A stretch of DNA of 59,840 nt, counting the filler, from Sphacelaria rigidula (lineage: Eukaryota): NCBI GenBank assembly GCA_964200075.2. It is 10 parts of 10 records of this genome, joined end to end, with 100 filler letters (N's around TTAATTAATTAA, not from the genome) between each part and the next. Parts side by side here need not be neighbours in the genome. Positions count along the whole stretch, not along the records: positions 11,989 to 17,882 come from CAXNAA020023670.1; positions 17,983 to 23,876 come from CAXNAA020023671.1; positions 23,977 to 29,870 come from CAXNAA020023672.1; 7 more parts are not named here. The stretch is one strand, 5' to 3'. Both the position numbers and the translations under genes were made by a program. Shown piece after piece: positions 13,600 through 27,065 of the stretch; within the stretch, counting starts at the first letter, position 1; the number at the start of each line of letters is the position of its first letter. The notes beneath the pieces were generated by a model, which had not been told where the DNA came from, did not search any database, and worked only from the letters and a program-made list of their open reading frames with translations.

Positions 13600-14064
13600 C
13601 TGCTTTTGGCTTTTTCCGCCCGCAGGATCCAGCATGATCAACGTCTTGTTCAGGTCGAAATGGAGTACAAGATGTACCCCTCGCTCAGCCAACGTCTGCG
13701 CTACCTCACGTGCCATCTGCGCCTTCTTACCTTCCTGCATGTTCCCCCAGTCTCCGGCATTATTCCGGCTGCCCCGATCGCCGCCATCTACTCCGTAGGC
13801 GGGTGCAGTATTAAAGCAGAGGAGTTGCGCAGAGTCACGAGTGCGTGCATGGTACTGTCGGCGACGGTTCGTGGTGCTTGGGAACTGGCCATCTCTTCCG
13901 CCCTCGCTTCGGCTGCTACCACCACGAAAACTGCCTTGCCGAAGCCAAAGGAAGGCGAACGATGATAATGATGATGATGATGCCTGCGTGCACCCTTGCT
14001 GTTGAGCTCGACCCCACTCCCCCAACCCCCGTGCTACTGCCGTGTGCATGCTTGACAGACACAT
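13600..14064 (-). CDS. Exon 1 of an uncharacterised HAD-like protein (LVLHFDLNKTLIMLDPAGGK); start codon uncertain
   Basis: Hydrophobic strand plus FDxNxT resembling HAD motif I; CAG|gtgagt donor at 13599. Confidence 0.65.
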
Positions 14065-15174
14065 GCTCACAGCTCCGCGCGGAAAAGCGGCCGGAAAGGT
14101 GCCTGGTGATTGGCGTTGTACGGGGTCAACGACGGGTCGATCGGATAGGATCAGGCTCACCATTGTGTGGGCGGGAGGGGAGGGATCAGGGAGGCGCACC
14201 CAAATCTCGAGGCAATTTGTTCACAGTGTGTTTGTGGGTGTGTGGGTGCGATTGCCGCCTCTATGCAGCACGAAGAGTTGCAACACGTGAACATGTGCTA
14301 TTTGCTGTTCTCGAAACCTTAATACTACATCCGGCACCAAGAAAACCGCCTGCTCCGAGTCGGGTAACAGCTGACGCAGTCCCGGGTAACACGGTAACGA
14401 GGTGACAAGGTAACCAGAATATTTTAGTTTTGTGGAGTATCAAGTTTTGACTCGGCTACTGCAGCATGCTTGATAGTGCATGTGCCGTGATCTTGTGTGG
14501 GGGCATTTCTCACCAGTTCAGTGCAGAGGCAAGTTACAAAACACAAGCTTTGCAAGAAAACAATTGCGTGGATGCTGTGATGCATCCAGAGGTGAAAGGT
14601 CAAATGTCAACGTTACAGCCACGGACTCTTGGACGCATTTTCCGGGGGAAAGTACGAGGCAAAAAGGGCATCCCCACGCAACCTCGACATGGTTCGGGAG
14701 TAGACAGACACCAACACGACAGCGCAGGTCACCCCGTCGAATTCGAGAGAGCTATACTTCGTACGGCAGAAGGGCGGTGGCCGAGCCAACCGTTTAGGTT
14801 CGCAGTAACTGCCAAATGTTTCACAGCAGCATCCAAGTCACTCACACGCGCCTCACAATTGCTTCTGCGTACACGCTTTTTACTCAACTGTACTGACGGG
14901 ACGGTAGTGTGCTAGTATCGTAGCTATATGAACCGTTTCATATGGCACATAGCGTCACCTGACGTATTTTCTTCGAGTGGAAAAATACTTGTACCGCACT
15001 TTACATCAGCGGTGAGCAGAACACGAAATGCACATTTGCACAGGTCACCTCACCATCCCAGAACGAATCATGGAACACGGTCGGTGCTCCTGTGGCAGCG
15101 GTTCAGATTCGCAGCAACAGTCAAACCTCCTCACGTAATGGACACGGTGAGGTGACGCCCACAAAACCTGCCTT

Positions 15175-15229
15175 GGTTAGGGTTAGGGTTAGGGTTAGGG
15201 CTAGGGTTAGAGCTAGGGTTAGGGTCAGG
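15175..15229 (+). repeat. Interstitial telomere-type (TTAGGG)n array, ~9 units, partly degenerate
   Basis: ggttagggttagggttagggttagggctagggttagagctagggttagggtcagg. Confidence 0.9.
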
Positions 15230-17982
15230 CCTTGGGGATGTTTTGGACTGTATCTACAGGTCTGTAACAGTTAGTGTTTAGTTTTCTGTGCGGCCACCTG
15301 TAGCCAACTGCTACTGCTACTGCATTGTACTTGGGCCCTGTATGCGTCGACCGCACTCCATATCGCCGGCTCAGGCTAATGAGTTGAATAGCGGTGAGAT
15401 GTCCGCACAGGATACCCTACCACGTGCAGGATATCATCTCTGCGGCGTGGATAATATTCCCATGCTAACAATATGCTTGTCCAGGTGTCAAAGCCCTCTT
15501 GACGGCACGCAGAACTCGTGAAACGACTCGTGCGTTGGATGGGAGTGTGGGTTTTCGAAGTGTAACATAGAAGCTCCCGGTATAATGCTCGTTTTTTGCG
15601 CACAAATCATAAGGCAGCATTTCAAAGGCGGCATTATTAGCACAGAGCAATCCGTTTCACGTCAATTTTCATCTTACATTTCAAAGCGCCCACTACTGAT
15701 ATGCACGACATCGGACCATTGTTCGCTTGGAGGGAGGGTGTTTACCCATGCATCGATTTGACGGAGGTGAAAGGTGGATATCCGAGACTGAAGCAATATC
15801 TGTAAACATGGACACGTTTCCTACCTAGACATTACCCAACTTTACTACAGATGCGTCCAAAAGTCCATGCTCTCCACAGTCTGGCTCACGCTCATCACCC
15901 AAAATAGGTTCATTGGCAAACCTTCACGCCGTTGGTCCGAGTTAGACTCTGAACAGTTGCACACATGTACTAAGGTTTATCATAAAAAATGTGTGCAACC
16001 CCTTGGTTTCTTCACCGGTTTCCGGGGGACTCAAGGTTCTCGTGAGTCCTGTGCCCCTCTGCGACCCCCGAAGGCGAGTAGAAAAATCAAACGTATGAAG
16101 AGCCTCGTCCATTGAACGCTGGTTTGATGAAAAAAGTACCCGTGTACAATTTTCCAGGGTCTGAGTTCAAACAACGGCATGAAACTTTGCGCCTTTGTGC
16201 CACGAAGTTTCCATGCCTAAAACAAGTTCCTAATCACTTGATTTCAGTATGGAGACGTTTTCTCTGGGTATGCCTGACGCTGAAAAGAGAAGAACCTGCG
16301 TCAGATTTTCAAGTTACGCGACGAAACTTTGTACATGTGTTCCTCCATCACCTCGGGACGCATAATGACATCTTGTTGATATTGAGACATTCTGCACTGG
16401 CATCCAGGGGTCTTAACGCTGGTGCCCCCGGAAGCTGGTAAGGGGCCGAGACACTTCGAAATATTTTTGTTGGCAACCCTTTTTTCCGCTGGAAGCACCA
16501 GCGCCTGCCGAACTGCCGAATTTGAGGGCGGTTGGAGCTTTTCTACTACAGATTTAAGGGAAACCGTCATGAGGTTTTCTGGGTCTTTGGTGCATACCGT
16601 CAGTGGGAGTTAGACACAGCCAAACTTCACATGACCGAAATTCCACGGTGTCGGGTGTAAGTCAGTTTCATCGCAAACGGTTTCAAAAATGTTATGTCCG
16701 TTAGATTCCCGAGATGATGGTGGCTACTACTGTACGACTTGAACCATGCGGAGATTGTGTGAAAAGGTGATCCCTCGACAGACACTCATGGGAATTTGTC
16801 CTTTCTGTGTGGTGGTTCCCACATCCCCCCCCCCCTTCACGAACCTCTTGGAGGTTTTGTAGGAGTAGCTCTTCACGCAGGCTATCGGTTGGAATCTTGT
16901 CTTCTAATTCACATATCTCTCACGTGTGTTGGGTCATCCAACCAACAACCGCCGCAGGGGATTTTCCGTGAGTTTTGACCTCTGCTTCAGAGGGTATCCA
17001 CCATTGTTTTTGGCTCTTACCATTTTGGTGGGATCCGGGATTTAAACCCGGGACCTTCTGTTCGTGAAGCGTACGAGCTATGTTACTGGTGTCGCCAGCA
17101 TGAAAAGGTGATTGCTTTACAGACACTTGCGGGAAATCGTCCATTCTATGAGGTGGTTCCCACAATTGGGCGGAAATTCGGTTCGAAATCGTAATTTCAA
17201 TTTCAGAACAATCTGAAGGCCGCCGATGGATCGGGGTTCCTTTTCGCCGTTAGCGCCACCCTTGTGGCCTCGAACGAAAATCCGGCTTACCTCACCCTCT
17301 TCCGTTGTCTATGGCGGTTAGTATGATACCATGTATGCAATCATTGAGTAGGCGTTGCGGAAGGCATTTACTAGTGACACAATTTGGGAGTGAAAAGCGT
17401 GAGCCCTCCTGTACTGCAGTTTGCTCCGATGAAATGGGGGTCAAGCGTACAGCGTCTAGCCCCCACATCCGCCACTTTCGTGATGATACATTAATCCCTT
17501 AAGAACCCGCCCCTTCCGTCCCCGGACCAGTCGCCTCATTATTCCAAGTCCTTACAAAGAAGGAAAGATGGGAACAGAGAAGACAGATGGCAGCCATTTT
17601 TACGGCGGAAGGTCGGAGAATAATCTACCAGCATACGTCATGCGCGCACCAAAAATGTTACCCCGGTGCGGTCAGATTAGTTTTGTGCAGTAAGGGACGC
17701 AACGGGTCAAGTTTGTTCAAGTTTGTGCACACAGCCAAAAAAAGCACTTGCTTGCCTAAAGTCTAAACAAACAAATCACACCTTGAACATCATATGCAAT
17801 ATATATATATATGAGCCATGGACTAGAAAAGGTATACCTTCTCGTTTTTTGCCCAAGAAAGGTACGAAAAATGGCCAAAAACNNNNNNNNNNNNNNNNNN
17901 NNNNNNNNNNNNNNNNNNNNNNNNNNTTAATTAATTAANNNNNNNNNNNNNNNNNNNNNNNNNNNNNNNNNNNNNNNNNNNN

Positions 17983-18041
17983 CATTTGTTGCTTGCCTCA
18001 GTCGTTTGACCATTGACCACGCATCCCTTTCGAGACGGAGC
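17983..18041 (-). mobile_element. Short (~60-bp) copy of the LINE 3' terminus at the start of the piece
   Basis: catttgttgcttgcctcagtcgtttgaccattgaccacgcatccctttcgagacggagc. Confidence 0.85.
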
Positions 18042-18249
18042 GGTCGAGGGGAAGGCGATGAAAGCGGCGAGGCCGCGCTAAGCGTCACGCTAGCCAGTGA
18101 CGGCGAGCTCTACTTCTATGCAACGGCAGCCCCCGGCCGCATGGAACATCGTCGCGATGCAAGCGGCACTCGCGAAGCCAGGTGGGGGAGGAGATGATCT
18201 CCCTCCCGAGCCACAAAGTCACACGGCATCGCCGGAATGGTCATCCTGG

Positions 18250-19690
18250 TAAGCAGCAGAAAAGACGGAAATGGACGGGCTAATTAATGGACAAGGACGT
18301 ATGGACCCAGGTACCGCGTCCGAAGGGGAAGGTGGTGCTGGGGACCAAGCGGATCCACACCAGGAAGATCGGGGAACAAGGCGAGGTAGTGAAACACGGC
18401 TATTTTGTCACCCAAGGATGCGGAAAGATCAAAGGATTGCAATACGCAAAGTCGCCATCACCTCTAGTGATGGCCGGCAAGCATCCGTATGGCACTCACA
18501 ACTGAGGCACTTAAGGGCATGGAGATGCGCCACCTCAACGCCGAACACCGAAATCCACCTTGAGCTGCCAGACGAGTACCGGGAGTTCCCCGGCGCGGTT
18601 GAAAGGCTGTACACAAAGTGATCTACGGCCCAGTACAGTCCGGCCGCTGCTGGAACTTGAAGCTCACTGGTGACTTGAAAGGAATGGGTTTTGAACAATC
18701 GCAAGCTAAACGCAGGGGATATTGTGGCGGTCCTCGTCGTTTTCGGGGACGACCTCTTGGCCCTCACCACCACGTCAGAGATGATGGCGTCTCTCGTGGA
18801 AGAGCTGTTGATAGGTTCCCGATTCAAGGTCAAGGACCTGAGCGAGGCATCGCACTACATGGAGTGCCACATCACCAGAAACCGCGAGAAGCGCAAACTG
18901 GAATTCAGCCAACATCTGTATCTGCGAACGATCGTTGACGGATTCGGCATCGATAAGACCGCCATGGTACCGGCAATAGCTACTGTCGACGGAGGATGGG
19001 CCGAAGACCTCAAAGGAAGAGAAGGAGATGCGGAATATTCGCTATCGCAAAGCAGTAGTGGCCATCATGTGGGCTGCGACCAACTCAAGCGCTCCCCGTA
19101 CGGTCGCAAAGTTCTACGAGAATCCGGGTAAGAAGCACTGGAGGGCCATGGTGAAAAGATTGCAAGACCTGCCAAGAATTCAGGACGTCGACATCATTTA
19201 CGGGGAGCGCAAATGTGGTGGCACCGAGATGGATGCGTACGCTGATTCGGGCTTTGCCACGTGCCTGGACAGAAGGCAACCAGGGACTGGAGGAGCGGTG
19301 CTCCTAGCGGGAGGAGCAATTAGCTGGTTCTCGAGGATGCAAGGGACCGTTGCTGCAGGCTCGACGGAAGCTGAATGCATTGCTCTACCAGATGTAATGC
19401 AGAAAGTGCTTTTCCTACGCCAGATGTAGGAGTTCATAATGCCAGAGTTGGAGAGCTACTCCGTCACGATCAAGGAAGACAACGAAGAAGCTCCCAAATT
19501 GGCCAACAACAAGCACGCGAGCCGCCGGACGGGGCATATCGACGTCAAACACCACATAATCCGCGATACAATGGAGCAGGGGAAGTCCACGTCACGCATA
19601 TTGAGAAACAGGAACAGCTCGCGGATATTCTCACGAAATCCCTGAACCTGATGACGTTTGCCAAGCATACGGGGGCGCCGATGAATGCAA
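18250..19690 (+). pseudogene. Ty1/copia pol remnant (RT + RNase H), with frameshifts and stops
   Basis: VWTQVPRPKGKVVLGTK, IYGPVQSGRCW, VVFGDDLL, SQHLY, YADSGFA...AISWFSRMQ...STEAECIAL, EDN, HIDVKHHIIRD, QLADILTK. Confidence 0.92.
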
Positions 19691-19800
19691 AATTACTTGA
19701 TTTGATTCAAGGGTAGGCGACCGTTGGAGTCGGATAGGAAGTATCGCACGGGATTGGGTTAACGAAAAACGAAGTACCGTAGAAGTCAGGTTTGCTGTGG

Positions 19801-19960
19801 AGCAGGTGGGGATGTCCGAGTGAGATGCTCTCTACACGGTAGATTAGGGGGTCCGTGCGCTTCAGAACGAGGCGTCGGCAGGAATGGTCCGGGAATCGGA
19901 GCCGGTACGGTCCAGTACGAGGTATCGAAAGGAACGGTCCGGGAACTAGTACTGTAGCCA
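19801..19960 (+). mobile_element. Possible polypurine tract and start of the copia 3' LTR
   Basis: agcaggtgggga followed by TGT at 19813, ~120 bp after RNase H; LTR end not identified. Confidence 0.4.
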
Positions 19961-21949
19961 GTGTGTTTTCAGTCGAGCCAGATGGCTATGCAGATCCGCA
20001 TTGAAATTCCTTTCGTTGAGGTTCAGAGAGAAGGTTCCAGAAAAACGTCTGATGAAAAAATGTGTTCGCGCGAGACCGCGACCCCCACCTGAACCCCCCC
20101 CTTCCCATCTGGTACCCTGCCCAACTAGGCCACGGCTCATCCCGAGTCTCCAGCAGTAGTACTGAGACAACCGTTGTAGACCAAGTGCAGTGACCGACAA
20201 GGGAAGGCTGAAAGGGAATTCAAAGTTATTGAGAGATTGATAGAGGGAAATCGTCACAACCTCTTGTGGTACGCTAACCTCATATCGTCTAGGAGAGGCC
20301 GTCCCACTAGCTACCTGCTGGCGTCAGATAGTACCGAACAGTCTCGACCTCCGAACGCCGGGCGACTCATGCCGACGGTCGTCCGGCTTGCCGATTTTCG
20401 ATGCTCTGGGCAGCCCATGCATCGAGTACACGAGTAAATAGGAACGGGCCCAAAGGCGCCAAAGGGACAGATCAGAAGGGTTACGCTGCCACCCTCGCCT
20501 CCCCGCAAACACGAGCACCAGTGCACCCTGCCCATCGTGAGGCCGTGCTTCAAATAGCTTTCATCCTGTCAGAGTCGGTTAAATGTTTGCCTCTGTCAAG
20601 ATCATGTAGGCGGGTGGAACATGAGATTGCCCCAACGGGGCGAGCTATGAACGGTGAGAGAAGTGATGGTTGACGAAACACTTGCCTCCCAGCTCCCTTT
20701 CATCATCTGTGCCCGTTTCCGTTTTCCCGTCCATTCGGCTTATGTGCTGTTCATTCCGTCTGAACTTGGCACGTCGGACGACCGTCTGCACAAATGATCG
20801 CTAAGCGTTCGGAGGTCGGGACTCATACGCACACATGTCATGCTCGTGTGTATGAAAACAATATTTCGTTGTGGGAGGAGCTCGCAAGCGCGCGACCACC
20901 ATTGTTTGGCCACAGTCGCAAGAGCGGAACGTTGACGTTTTCGCTTTCAGGAACCGCCAATAAATGCCACAATTCCACAGTTTTCCCTGATTCGGTGAAA
21001 TGCCGACGTCCAAGTGTAGCAGTGGCAGGGAAAAACCCCACAAATTGTACCTGTGACTTGGTTGGCACCACCTGGCCTGCCGCTGCTTCGGCCGATCACG
21101 TGGCCAAAATTGAACGCCTTGCTTTGAACAGCACGCCCTGTAGGTGTGGTTGGTCCAAGCATGTCCAAGTATACATGAACGTTTCGTTTTCCCTTCACTC
21201 ATTAACGGGTTGAAGTTGAACGTTCGGATTCGGCGGATTTGCCTATGCAGATGAGCATCATTCATAAGAGGAGAAATTCGCCATTTTTCAAGTTTTTGCT
21301 TCAACTGATCACATAAATAGCGTGTCGAAAGAAAACACTGTTCGCTTAGCGTGATGTCGCGAAGCGGGGGAGCGCCCACCCTCGAACGCAACATGTTGGC
21401 GACCTTAGATATCCGTTCAGTGTTTTTGTAAGGTTGTGTTGGGAGGATGGGGTGAAGGGAGGCGAAGCCCTCTGGGTAGTGCGTGCGTGTGTAGATTAGG
21501 GATGCGTAGGGTTGTGTGGCGGCCTCGAATGTCCGTTGGGTGCCTTTGTACGGTTGGGTCGGTTGAGCTGGGTCGGGTTGGGTGTAGGTTTGGGTTGGGT
21601 TGGATCGAGGTTGAATCATTTCGGATTGGGGTAGGTTTGGGGCGACTGGTTGGCGAATAATGAATGGTGGTATGCAGGCAGATGGGGTTCACCAGGAGCA
21701 TTTATGAAAACGGACATCTCGGGAATCGGCTGGCAAGCTTGTTGAGCGTGACACGTGACACCCGCGGACGGCGCGGACGGCGTACGAGCAGGAATCAGGC
21801 AACGGCAGATACCACAAGCTGTATCTACCACCTACTCAGACAGGAGGTAAGCTGGTACCAACTGAAGCGTGTCACACGATAGCTTGCAAGGTTGCTCCTT
21901 CATTCCCGTGCTTGGGAGTGGTATACTCCGTGTTCTGCCCGCCGACATT

Positions 21950-22770
21950 TTTTCACGTACGGGCTGGTACACACCTCCAGGCTACGCCACCGTACTGGAA
22001 GATTGCTACTGTATTGCTGCGTGTTGTACTCTTAAGGTACTGGTTTCGTGTATTTTCCTACTGTTTGTTGTACTGTAAGCTTTTCTGCTCATGTTGCAAT
22101 CCTGCTGCTGTGTACTATATCCTGTTCGCCCACGTTTCTGGAACCTTTGTAGTCGACCGTACTGGCGAGCCTTCTGTACTACTACTGTGTGTTGTACTGT
22201 TCAGGTCTTGTGCCATCTTCTGTTTGTGTTGGTCTCCTCACTGCTGGTGCGTGCTGTATCTTTTCATGCTTTTGACATCGTAGGCTGTGTGTTGTACTGT
22301 AACTAATTTCAGCATATTGTATGTGTGCTGCCACCACTAAAATGTAGTACTGTGCTGCACGTTCTGTTTATGCCGCGGCATATCTATCCACACACCAGGT
22401 GAACAGCTTTGTGCTGTACTCTCACGCTTCGCCGTACTTTTGTATGCCGTGCTCTACTGTACGGGTTGTGTGTTGTACTGTCCCTGTGCTCTGGAAAATG
22501 TGGTTATCCACTGCTCTCTGCACTTTTGTACTGCTATACCGTACTGTACTCCACAGTTGTGTGTTGTACTGTACCTGTGCTCTAGAAGTATACTGATCAA
22601 CTGCCCTCAAAACCCAACCCGCACTACTCACTCTCGTGTAAAGTTGTGTCTTGCACTGTATCTTGATCTGGAGACTCGCTCTCTCACTATTTGGACCTAC
22701 TCCTACGCGCATGCTGGAGCTACTCCACTGTTGTGGCTTCGCTTCGCCATACTCGTACTCCACAGCACGT
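21950..22770. repeat. Degenerate low-complexity array rich in (G)TACTG(T) / TGTGTTGTACTGT
   Basis: Many gtactg/tactgt units; tgtgtgttgtactgt recurs near 22186, 22286, 22468 and 22558. Confidence 0.6.
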
Positions 22771-25352
22771 AACACATGAACCATTTTACCGTCTGGCCCT
22801 CGTAATGTTTGCCCCCCATTCATGCTCTCTGCGTTTCTCAAAGGTGCAGCACTCCTACGATGACACCTTGGTTGCTGCTTCTGCCGGCTACATGCTTCAC
22901 CGTGAGAGAGTGTCGGCTTTCACCGGGTCTATGTGTGGGTTTCTCTCAGACGGTTCTTCGCTCAGGGTCAAGGGTACACGGCCGCTTCGTGGGCCAAGTC
23001 ACTGGCCAACCTCTTTCTCGTGAATCCGTCGATGTTCCTCTGTGACACTGACGCCGCAAAGGCCTTCTTCAACGAAGTTTTCGAAACTACAGCGACGGCC
23101 AGTGGCGGTCTTCAAAATATTCAGCCGATAGGGAAGAGGCGCTGACAGGAGCTAGAGAAAAAGTGTGTACGCGACCGGGTGTTCTCGCGAGAAACATCAC
23201 CCCACCGCATATGGTTGGACCGGCCTTCGCCCGCAGTCCAAAAGATCGATGGTGGATAGTTTTGGTATCATGGAACTGAACAACGATTAAGCAACTGTCC
23301 CCATCTTCGTTGATACAACACTTCCCCCCCGGTTATTTTACCCGATTTGTTTTGTCTTCGGCACACTTTTAACCCCACTCCTCCGTCGGCGCCAGTCCGT
23401 AGTCTCAAGGGATTAACTCATCTTTCTCCCGGTGCACACCTCACATTGTGATGTCGCGGATTGGATCGCATTTCCGCACTGCGCGTCGACTCTCGCCAGC
23501 TACATTATTTTTGCTCATCACGTCCTGGCGTTTTCAAGGACGGAAATCAACAGTCATCATGAGATATCCACTTGGATCTGCTAGGAGTTAAGCCCGCATG
23601 CTTAGACCTCATGAATTCAGTGGCACCATTGAACTACTGGCGCACGGCGGCAAAGTTGATGTTAGATTCACAGCAATAACTGTACCGTGGAGTCCGCAGA
23701 TAGAAAGCGCTCGTGTTGTGCACGTGCTTGTCCGACGTTTGAAAAATATGCATACAAGCTGGACACTTTCTGCGATAGCCCCCCCCCCAAAAAAGTGCAT
23801 GGTTTTGGGAGCCAAAATCCTCACGTAAATCGAAATGGGAAAAGCCAAGCACAACGAGAAGCTGGGAATTCCCACGNNNNNNNNNNNNNNNNNNNNNNNN
23901 NNNNNNNNNNNNNNNNNNNNTTAATTAATTAANNNNNNNNNNNNNNNNNNNNNNNNNNNNNNNNNNNNNNNNNNNNCCGATTTAACCATCGGGGTGCAAC
24001 CTCTGCGATACCACTGTTCATATTGAACGGTGGTCGGTCCGTTCTGCAAGAGCGTCGACCGTGATTTATTCCAACATAAACACTACGTCGTGCGATCATC
24101 TCCTTTGCGCGGAATCGGGGTTCTCCCACCCCGCACAATATGACCTAGCTCGACCACCATCATCGTTACCGCAAAAAAAACAAATACAAGCGCGCAAAAC
24201 GAATCGGTAACTTGGTTGACTAGCTTACGCAGTGAGTGGCGTGTTTTACAGCGTCATCGCCAACCCACGCCAACCTCATAGGAGGGTCCGCCCCTACAAA
24301 GTCGGAACGGAGCACGCCGGACTTTCGTCGGACCCTGCTGAAGATAGGGGGAAGTTGAGCGACAGGCTGTCTGTGAACAATTCGCGACCGACTCAGCGAA
24401 CCCCAAATACCGTCCCGCAGCTTCTGGATTATGTGCATTTGAGGATATGAGCACCTGCCCTGCATACACTACTTTTGCCATCATTCATGTTGTTCATACT
24501 CTCAAAATTTCTTCATTTCTCTATATTAATAGTCGCGTGTAGGAGTATCAGTAACAGCATCGGTAGTAGTATCCGTATATCTCACTATTAAGTGATTGAC
24601 CGTAGAGCTCTGTTCAAGTAATTGATTGTACTGTTGATTCATACACAAAGAAATCAGGTTTTGTTTGTTCGTGGTTGATGTGTTGGACTTTGCTTCGATT
24701 ATTGCATGTAATTATATATTCATTGAAAGTTGGTGCGCCTAGCCTAAACCCCAAGCTTCTTCAATTCTGGGGAAGATACGTATAAAATGAATATCAAACT
24801 CAAATGTTGACCGAAAACCAATGACTAACTTGTTGTTCGTGATCGGTGTTATGTGTGTATTTACTTGTTATCGTTTTTTTCAATGGTCGCCTATTTTTCG
24901 GTAAGTGGGACGGTTCATAGTGTCGTGGAGATTCTGGAACTCAAGAAATCACAAAACCCACCGTTTATTTCTCGAGCACGGCGGCGTTCTCTCCTCCTCC
25001 TCGTGTGCGTGGCTAGCCCAAGCCTGCAGAACTTCGCTGTCCTCCGAATACACTTTCATGCATCAACAGCACAGCCACTACAGGCACCCGTATTTACTTC
25101 GCCTTTGCGAAAGACCTGATGTAGGACACGGGAGTGACCTCTATATCATCGCATTGTACGACAATTGTGGCAACACCAGTGGGCGACCACCATCTCTCTG
25201 TCGGCATCCACGGCCGTCCCCACACTACCTCACCGCCAATTCGTACGCCCCCCCCCGCCCGTCGTTCCTCCACGATCCCAGATCGGGTGCCATTGGCGGA
25301 CCGGCTATTGGTGGAGAGGCGACCTCCGGTGCTTGCCACCTCGTCTCCGCCG

Positions 25353-25466
25353 CATCCTTCCCCGCCGTTAATCGTGCTACAAACCCGTCCACCCCCGAGA
25401 GGTATGGTCCGCCGGATCCTCCCTCGCCGTTAATCATGCTACAAACCTGTCCACTCCCGAGAGGTA
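25353..25466. repeat. Two-copy tandem repeat, period ~62 bp
   Basis: atccttccccgccgttaatcgtgctacaaacccgtccacccccgagaggtat vs atcctccctcgccgttaatcatgctacaaacctgtccactcccgagaggtat. Confidence 0.85.
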
Positions 25467-26853
25467 TCGTGAAAGCATGATACCTGGAGACAGCAGATGA
25501 TGTCCACCCCCCGGCATGGGTTCTTGGGCTGAGAATTCTTGGTGGCTCTGTTCCAGAGGTCATAGTGTTCCTGACTCATTTATCCTACGCGATCCCGGAT
25601 CGGACGTAGTCGGCGCGGCGGTCATTGGTCGCGAGCCGAAATCACCTGCTTCTGCTCCTTGTTCCACCGCACTGCCTCCCGCTGCCGGTCGTGTTGTAAA
25701 TCTGTCCACCCGTAGGAAATTTGGCAAAGGTTCAACACCGTTGTGTGGTACGGAAGATGATATTGACCCTCCAGCATGCGTTCTTGCGCCGGAACCCCAT
25801 CATGGCTCCATCCCGGAAGTCGTGATTATCCATCTCAACATCAAAAAAAATTATCCCCTTCCCCCTTCTCTCTTCACAAAGGGGTGAAATGGCTCTATCC
25901 TCTCTCCAGACGCGATGGGGGTGCTATCTACGATTTTCGCCAGTTACATAGGCATTCACAGACGAAGAACGGTGCCTACGAACACGTTGGAGGCATCGTG
26001 AGAACGTATGTACCGCATAATATTCCCTGACGATCCGCTTTCTCCCCCACGCCCTTTTCCCGGAGAGGAGACGAACGCATCCCATCACTGAACGATCTCA
26101 GCGGGAAGGGAGGGGTGTTTCCCGACGTTTGAGCCAACTGCGGTAGGACAACAACTAACCTGAACTCGTGACCGGGACAAATAGATGCAGTAAAGAGCAA
26201 GCGGAAGCTGCAAGAAATGTGACTACGGTTTTTTAGAAACGGAGTCACGAAGGTGAACTCAGCACAAAGAAACACGGTACCAAAACCTGTGAGGGGCAAT
26301 GCAGCAAAAGGGGGGGGGGGGGGGCTAGGATTTGATATTTTACAAGATTGGATTAGGGTTATGAAANNNNNNNNNNACGGGTGTGGCGTATGGGGGAGGG
26401 GGGGGGGGGGGGGGGGGGCTACGATCTGATATCTGACCAGATCGGATTAGGGTTCTGAAATCTGCCAAGGGGAGCTCATCGCTCGCCGCATCGCCGAGGG
26501 ATGCGGATGATAGGTTGTAGCAACTCAAGCCAAGCTTACGATACAACCGGTGTTTTGGGGGTACAATCTGATATCTGACCAGATCGGGGGGGTGCTGGGA
26601 CGCCAGGGCAGCGGCATATGGAACGGGCACGTGGGCTCTGTCCGAAGGCGTCTCTTCTACAAGGCAAAATGTTCGAGCTCGAGTATTATTTCCACAGTAC
26701 AGCAAAAGAATATACTTTGCACTGATAAGGAGAGGACGTGATGCGCTAGAAAACCCTGCGCGGTTACGGGGTCATTTCTCCTCCCTCGACACGGGGTGGG
26801 GACCATCTGATACTGCAAGGAAAAGCTCAATCCGGCCGGACTGAAGTGATGAC

Positions 26854-27065
26854 AAACATCGTGGGGTGGTGACGCAGAGCATGTGGGCTTCCATCCGAGG
26901 GCAAATTTTGTCGCTAAATCCACAGTACTCCCGACGGGAGTCATCTGTAAATACAGGAAAAGGTCAATCGGGCCTGACTGAAGGGATGTGAGCAAACATC
27001 GAAGGGGTGGTCACGCAAAAGTCGTGGGCTTACATCCGAAGGCAAAGTTTGTCGCTAAAACCACA
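26854..27065. repeat. Direct repeat of ~70 bp (26854-26922 and 26993-27065)
   Basis: aaacatcg..gggtggt.acgca...gtgggctt.catccga.ggcaaa.tttgtcgctaaa.ccaca twice. Confidence 0.75.

Noticed and set aside
20801..21619. 272-aa ORF with PTQP repeats
   Set aside because: The N-terminus is just the GGGTT-rich tract translated; no domain recognised
21912..22841. Several Cys/Val/Tyr-rich ORFs
   Set aside because: By-products of the TACTG low-complexity array
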